The translations under genes were made by a program, and so were the position numbers. From Clostridium sp. CAG:914 (GTDB lineage Bacteria; Bacillota_I; Bacilli_A; RF39; UBA660): a stretch of DNA of 64,000 nucleotides. Shown here piece after piece: positions 58,786-64,000 of this stretch (its first letter is position 1; each line of letters begins with the position of its first letter). The notes beneath the pieces are model-generated. The model ran no database searches. It worked only from the letters and a program-made list of their open reading frames with translations, and was not told where the DNA came from. The stretch covers positions 68,289-132,288 of the forward strand of contig FR902162.1 in NCBI GenBank assembly GCA_000437895.1. Direction: 5' to 3'.

Positions 58786-60525
58786 ATGATTAATATTCGT
58801 GAAGATAAAGAACTAAGTGTTATGAATCACAGTTGTGCTCATTTACTAGCACAAGCTGTAAAACACCTATACCCTAATGCTTTGTTTTGGGTAGGACCTG
58901 TTATTGAAGAAGGTTTTTATTATGATATTGATCTAAATGGTAAAACATTAACTGAAGAAGATTTACCTGTTATTGAAAAAGAAATGAAGAAAATAGCTAA
59001 AGATGGTAAAAGAATAGTAAGACATGAATTAACAAAAGAAGAAGCATTAGAAAAGTTTAAAGATGATCCATATAAAATTGATCTAATAAGTAGAATGGAT
59101 GAAAATGAACAAGTTATTAGTTGTTATACTCAGGGAGATTTTACTGATTTGTGTCGTGGTCCACATGTAGATACGGTTAAAGAACTAAAATATTTTAAAT
59201 TACTTAAAGTAAGTGGAGCATATTGGAAGGGTGACGCTAATAATAAAATGCTTCAAAGAATATATGGAATATGTTTTAAAAATGAAGAAGATTTAGTTAA
59301 GCACCTAGAAGATTTAGAAGAAGCTAAAAGAAGAGATCATAAGAAACTAGGACGTGAATTAGAATTATTTATGATTAGTGAATATGGTCCAGGATTTCCA
59401 TTCTTTTTACCAAAAGGTATGATATTAAGAAATGAACTTGAAAATTTTTGGTATAAAGAGCACACCAAAGAAGGTTATCAATTTATAAAAACACCTATAA
59501 TGTTAAATAAAGAATTATGGGAATTATCTGGTCACTGGTATAATTACAGAGAAAACATGTATACAAGTGAAATAGATGAAAAAACATTTGCTATTAAGCC
59601 AATGAATTGTCCTGGAGGAATGTTGGTATATAAAAATTCTCTTCATTCCTATAAAGATTTACCACTTCGTATTGGAGAACTTGGTCAAGTACATCGACAT
59701 GAAGCTAGTGGGGCTTTAAATGGATTATTTAGAGTTAGAACATTCACCCAAGATGATGCTCATATATTTATGAGAACAGATCAAATTGAAGAAGAAGTTA
59801 TTAGATTAATTAATTTTATTGACAGAATGTATAAAACATTTAATCTAACTTACAGTATTGAATTATCTACTAGACCAGAAGAAAAATATATTGGAGATAT
59901 TGAAGTATGGAATAAATCTGAAAAAGCATTGGAAGAAGCTTGTCTTAAATCCGGACATGAATATAAGATTAATCCTGGCGATGGAGCATTTTATGGTCCA
60001 AAACTAGATTTTCACATAAAAGACTCTTTAGGAAGAGTATGGCAATGTGGTACTATTCAATTAGACATGAATTTACCAGAAAGATTTGATTTAACTTATA
60101 TTGACTCAGATGGTAGTAAGAAAAGACCAGTTATGTTACATAGAGTAATATATGGTTCTATAGAAAGATTTATTGGAATATTGATAGAGCATTATGCTGG
60201 AGTATTTCCTCTATGGTTATCACCAGTACAAGTTAATGTTTTACCAGTAGTGTCTTCTTATCATGGAGATTATGCTAAAGAAATATATGACTATTTAATT
60301 GAAAATGATATTAGATGTGAAATTGATAGTAGAGATGAAAAATTAGGATACCGCTTAAGAGAAGCACAAATCAAAAAAATACCATACACATTAATACTTG
60401 GTGAAGAAGAATGTAACAATAAAACAATTTCTTATAGAAAACATGGTAGTAAGGATACATTTACTACTACAAAAGAAGAATTTTTAAATTTATTAAAAGA
60501 AGAAATAAAAAATAAAAGCAACTAA
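58786..60525 (+). CDS. thrS: Threonyl-tRNA synthetase lacking the N-terminal TGS domain
   Basis: Begins at the N2 editing domain (HSCAHLLAQAV). Class II motifs (FRVRTFTQDDAHIF, GTIQLD). Anticodon-binding C-terminus. 579 aa versus about 640. Confidence 0.9.
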   Translation: MINIREDKELSVMNHSCAHLLAQAVKHLYPNALFWVGPVIEEGFYYDIDLNGKTLTEEDLPVIEKEMKKIAKDGKRIVRHELTKEEALEKFKDDPYKIDLISRMDENEQVISCYTQGDFTDLCRGPHVDTVKELKYFKLLKVSGAYWKGDANNKMLQRIYGICFKNEEDLVKHLEDLEEAKRRDHKKLGRELELFMISEYGPGFPFFLPKGMILRNELENFWYKEHTKEGYQFIKTPIMLNKELWELSGHWYNYRENMYTSEIDEKTFAIKPMNCPGGMLVYKNSLHSYKDLPLRIGELGQVHRHEASGALNGLFRVRTFTQDDAHIFMRTDQIEEEVIRLINFIDRMYKTFNLTYSIELSTRPEEKYIGDIEVWNKSEKALEEACLKSGHEYKINPGDGAFYGPKLDFHIKDSLGRVWQCGTIQLDMNLPERFDLTYIDSDGSKKRPVMLHRVIYGSIERFIGILIEHYAGVFPLWLSPVQVNVLPVVSSYHGDYAKEIYDYLIENDIRCEIDSRDEKLGYRLREAQIKKIPYTLILGEEECNNKTISYRKHGSKDTFTTTKEEFLNLLKEEIKNKSN

Positions 60526-60551
60526 TCTTCTTTTAGTGTATAGTGAATAAT

Positions 60552-60600
60552 AAAACTTATTATTGATAATATCATCAATAATAAGTTTTACTTTTTTATT
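60552..60600 (+). terminator. Rho-independent terminator after thrS
   Basis: Perfect 16-bp inverted repeat AAAACTTATTATTGAT / ATCAATAATAAGTTTT, loop aatatc, followed by a T-run. Confidence 0.7.
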
Positions 60601-60794
60601 TTCTATAAATATCCTCTGGGAAGTTAGCACTCATCATTATTAGAACCTGTATTTTACCTTTTTGTTAACAAGATACAATCTTCTTCAATAATTATTTTTT
60701 TATTTAATGTATTTTTCTATAATACTGTATAATTTTATTTATTTAAGTGTAATATATAGGATGAAAGAACATTCCTAATAGGTGTAATAATATA

Positions 60795-62258
60795 TTAAAT
60801 TTTTGGCATTAAAAAATATATAATAAATAATATAGAAACAATTATTGTTATTAAATTTATATTTAATTTAGCTTTTTTATTGCCTTTTATTTTATCAATA
60901 ATATAAATTATTAAATCTATAATAACATAAGTAATTATACCTAAGCCTATTCCATCAGTTATAGAATATGTTAAAGGCATTAATATTATAGTGAGAAAGT
61001 TAGGAATAGCATTTCTTATGGAAGAAAAATCTACCTTTTTTATATTATTTATCATTAGTGAACCAACATAAATTAAAGCTGCAGACGATGAAGCAATTGG
61101 TATAAAAGCAAATACTGGTAAGATAAAGATCGATAACAAAAAGAATATTGATATAAATAAAGCAGTTAAACCAGTTCTTCCTCCTATGGCTACGCCAACA
61201 CTTGATTCAACATAAGTTGTTACAGTAGAAGTTCCTAACATAGCACCAATTGGGGTAGACAATGAATCAGCCATCATAGATTCAGAATAATTTTTAGGTT
61301 TTCCGTCTTCATCTAATAAATTAGCACTTTCAGTACAACCAACAATAGTTCCCATAGAGTCAAATAAATCTATTATTAGAAAAGTAACTATTATCATAAT
61401 AATGGTCATAATAGAGCCTTTTGGAAAAACAAAACCACCTTTTATAATAGACATAAATATTCCACCATTATCTGGATCCATAGAAAAATAGGTACTGAAA
61501 TTTTCCCAAAACTTCCAACTTATTCCATCTACTTTACCTAGTAATATACTTATATCAGCTACATTTAGAGGAATGGCTAAGAGTGTTGAACCTAGTATTC
61601 CTATTATAACACTTCCTTTTACTTTATAATGTGATAGTATAGTAATTAATAATAATCCAAATAAACAAACTAGTGCTTTAGATACATTACCGCCAGCCGT
61701 ATACTGACAAAAGTCTGTAAAATCCGTTAATTTTAATAAAGTAAAAGGACTATGTTCAATAATGCCTGCATTTTTTAAACCAATAAAAGCAATAAACAAC
61801 CCAATTCCTACTGGTATAGCAGTTATAATAACTTTGGGTATTCCACCAAATATTTTTTCTCTTATGGATACACCTTTTATTTTAATAAATGATAACATGA
61901 TAAATAGGATACCACTTAAAAATACGATAGACATAACATTACTATAGGTAAAAGCAAATCCTAGTGAACCACCCAAAATGGCTCCTATCGTAGAATTGAG
62001 TCCCATTCCTGGGGCTTCTACAAAAGGCATATTAGCAAATAAAGCCATAAATAAAGTTCCTATAGCACTACCTAGAGCTGTTGCTAAGAAAACAGATGAA
62101 AATTTTGGATCACTCGATCCCTCTATTAAAATATTATTAGGATTTACTGTTAAAATATACATAACAGCTAAGAACGTTGTTAATCCAGCAATAAATTCTA
62201 TCTTTATATTAGTGTTGTTTTCTTTTAATTTAAATATTTTTTCTAATTTTCTTTTCAT
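60795..62258 (-). CDS. NCS2/AzgA-family purine (guanine/hypoxanthine) permease
   Basis: N-terminus ...FIAGLTTFLAVMYILTVNPNIL and about 13 TM helices, typical of PbuG/PbuO-type permeases. RBS AGGTGG. Confidence 0.85.
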   Translation of the reverse strand: MKRKLEKIFKLKENNTNIKIEFIAGLTTFLAVMYILTVNPNNILIEGSSDPKFSSVFLATALGSAIGTLFMALFANMPFVEAPGMGLNSTIGAILGGSLGFAFTYSNVMSIVFLSGILFIMLSFIKIKGVSIREKIFGGIPKVIITAIPVGIGLFIAFIGLKNAGIIEHSPFTLLKLTDFTDFCQYTAGGNVSKALVCLFGLLLITILSHYKVKGSVIIGILGSTLLAIPLNVADISILLGKVDGISWKFWENFSTYFSMDPDNGGIFMSIIKGGFVFPKGSIMTIIMIIVTFLIIDLFDSMGTIVGCTESANLLDEDGKPKNYSESMMADSLSTPIGAMLGTSTVTTYVESSVGVAIGGRTGLTALFISIFFLLSIFILPVFAFIPIASSSAALIYVGSLMINNIKKVDFSSIRNAIPNFLTIILMPLTYSITDGIGLGIITYVIIDLIIYIIDKIKGNKKAKLNINLITIIVSILFIIYFLMPKI

Positions 62259-62515
62259 TCTACCACCTAATATAATTTTAACAAATAAAATTATAATTGC
62301 AAAGAAAAAAACAATTATTGTATTTAGAGGAGTTTCTTTCTTTCTTTTATTTTTTGTAAAATTTATGTAAAGTTAATTTAATTGTAGAATTGTTGTGCTA
62401 TAATTAGTTTGAATGATAGTTGAAGGCAAATAAAGTAGATTATCATAGTTAATGGAGGTGTTTGATAAGTAGGGGGAACATTTAAGTTAATTAAATATAA
62501 AAGAAAGGTGGAAAA

Positions 62516-64000
62516 ATGAAAAAGGTAAGTAAGAAAATAAGTAAAATAACTAAAGTTTTTCTAGTATTTGCTATAATATTTTCTAATTTAACTTGTTTAA
62601 AAACAGTATTTGCCTATGAAGAAAATAATGATTTTGAACTTACGTTAAATGAAGAAGAAAATAAAATTAATGTCAAATATTTAGAAACTTTAGAAGAAGT
62701 AAATTATACTCTTGAAACATGTGAAGATTATGTTTATTTGGATGAAACAAAAGAACATAATTGTAGCAGTAAAGGTATAACTGGAGTTGAATTAAATCAA
62801 GGTACTGAAATAGAATTAGATATCCTTGATAAAATTAAATTTGATGGAGAATACAAGTTTTCTATTATATTAACTGATGAAGAAAGTAGAGTCATTGGAG
62901 AAAGTGAACTTGATAAAAAAATAGAGTTTGGTAAAGGACTTAAATATCATGTTTATAATAATATATTAGAAGAAATAGCTCTAGAAAATGAAATGTATTC
63001 AATAGAAAACAGCAATTTTACTATTCATACTGAATTAGAAATGGGAGGATTAGCCCCTACAGATAACTATTTTATTAATGAAGTAGAATATAGTGGAACT
63101 GATTTATTAAATTATTTAGAAGAAAAAGAATATGACTTAGATGGTCATCTACATGGAAAACATGAAATAATTATTCCTATTACCATTTATAATAGTGAAG
63201 GAGAAATTATAAGAGAAAATAATGAACCTATTACTATTATGTATGGTAGTTATGAAGATAATGATAATATCTTAAATAGTGATGTTAATTATCCAGAATT
63301 AAAATTTGAAACTAATGATGATGAAGGTAATGGAACTTTATATATAATTGAGTCTGAAGAAAGTGTTTCTACTGTATCAGAAATGAAAGATTTCTTAGAT
63401 AATATGACAGAAGGTATCATTACTTATCAAATATTAGATGAATTAGGCAATGAAATAAATCTTGAAGAAGAAACAGACATTGAATTAGTAAATGATATGT
63501 TAATAGTACTATCTTGTCAAGATACTAATATATCTTATAAAATAGTATTTGTTACAAATGATTATATTGATGATTTAATTGAAGAGTCTTTAAATAGCGA
63601 AGATAAAAATATTCTAGATGTAAATTATTTTAATGAGGCTTTAAATGAAAAAAATTGGGACATAACTTCAAATGAAGACTATGAAGGCACATTAAAAGCT
63701 AAATTAGAAAAAAAAGACAGTAATATAACTACTGGAGATGAATTCACAATTGACTATATAGTGAGCCTTAAAGACTATGAATTAAATGGTATTGAAGGTA
63801 TAATTAATTATGATAAAGATAAATTAGAACTTATATCTGTTAATTCTCTAGATACTATGAAAGGAAATGTTTTAAATGATAGATTTATGTATCTATTTAA
63901 CACAAGATTATCTGGAGAAGAAGTAATTGATGAAGTTGATACCCCATACTACAATGAAGTAGATTATGTTGTTCTAAATATTAAATTTAAAGCTTTATCA
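62516..64000 (+). CDS. Secreted surface protein with cohesin-like domain (partial, runs off window end)
   Basis: Signal peptide KVFLVFAIIFSNLTCLKTVFA. GDEFTIDYIVSLKDYELNGIEGIINYDKDKLELISVN matches the cohesin pattern. No stop before 64000. Confidence 0.45.
   Translation, partial: MKKVSKKISKITKVFLVFAIIFSNLTCLKTVFAYEENNDFELTLNEEENKINVKYLETLEEVNYTLETCEDYVYLDETKEHNCSSKGITGVELNQGTEIELDILDKIKFDGEYKFSIILTDEESRVIGESELDKKIEFGKGLKYHVYNNILEEIALENEMYSIENSNFTIHTELEMGGLAPTDNYFINEVEYSGTDLLNYLEEKEYDLDGHLHGKHEIIIPITIYNSEGEIIRENNEPITIMYGSYEDNDNILNSDVNYPELKFETNDDEGNGTLYIIESEESVSTVSEMKDFLDNMTEGIITYQILDELGNEINLEEETDIELVNDMLIVLSCQDTNISYKIVFVTNDYIDDLIEESLNSEDKNILDVNYFNEALNEKNWDITSNEDYEGTLKAKLEKKDSNITTGDEFTIDYIVSLKDYELNGIEGIINYDKDKLELISVNSLDTMKGNVLNDRFMYLFNTRLSGEEVIDEVDTPYYNEVDYVVLNIKFKALS

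Noticed and set aside
62259-62480. Possible purine riboswitch upstream (minus strand) of the AzgA/PbuG-like permease
   Set aside because: Reverse complement has an AUGAUA…UAUCAU P1-like pairing, but the enclosed region is only ~20 nt. It lacks the GUUUCUACC / CCGUAAAU junction motifs, so it is too short for a G-box.
1-64000. tRNA, rRNA, SRP RNA or tmRNA genes
   Set aside because: No GTTCGAATC/GTTCAAATC T-loop-containing cloverleaf candidates or rRNA-like conserved blocks noticed. A covariance-model scan (tRNAscan/Infernal) would be needed to be certain.

Overview
This is a very AT-rich (roughly a quarter GC by eye) chromosomal segment from a Gram-positive, spore-forming Firmicute that looks Clostridia- or Erysipelotrichia-like. 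Almost all genes are co-oriented on the + strand. Most are conserved housekeeping genes (mutM, yvcK-whiA, tyrS, folD, rpoD, tsaE-tsaB-rimI-tsaD, ung, hemW, prs, def, tdk, cca, ftsY, murE, thrS). There are also sporulation-associated genes (yqfC-yqfD, a SigF/B-type sigma factor with a STAS partner, ylbD-ylbE-ylbF, a YjcZ-like peptide). Several cell-surface loci are interleaved. The most notable is a pilin – SipW signal peptidase – DGSA-repeat protein – TasA-like/FGE-fusion protein – sortase B cluster at about 27.7-34.8 kb. At least five type IV prepilin-like genes are dispersed through the window. Other oddities are a 151-bp perfect direct repeat that truncates the main rpoD reading frame, a tandem-duplicated thymidine kinase, a Thr T-box leader in front of an unknown ORF plus a TGS-less thrS, and a stand-alone Clp D1-type AAA module where ffh would be expected. 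No rRNA, tRNA, CRISPR array or clear mobile element was seen. All calls are from reading the six-frame translations and the DNA by eye; no database search was possible.
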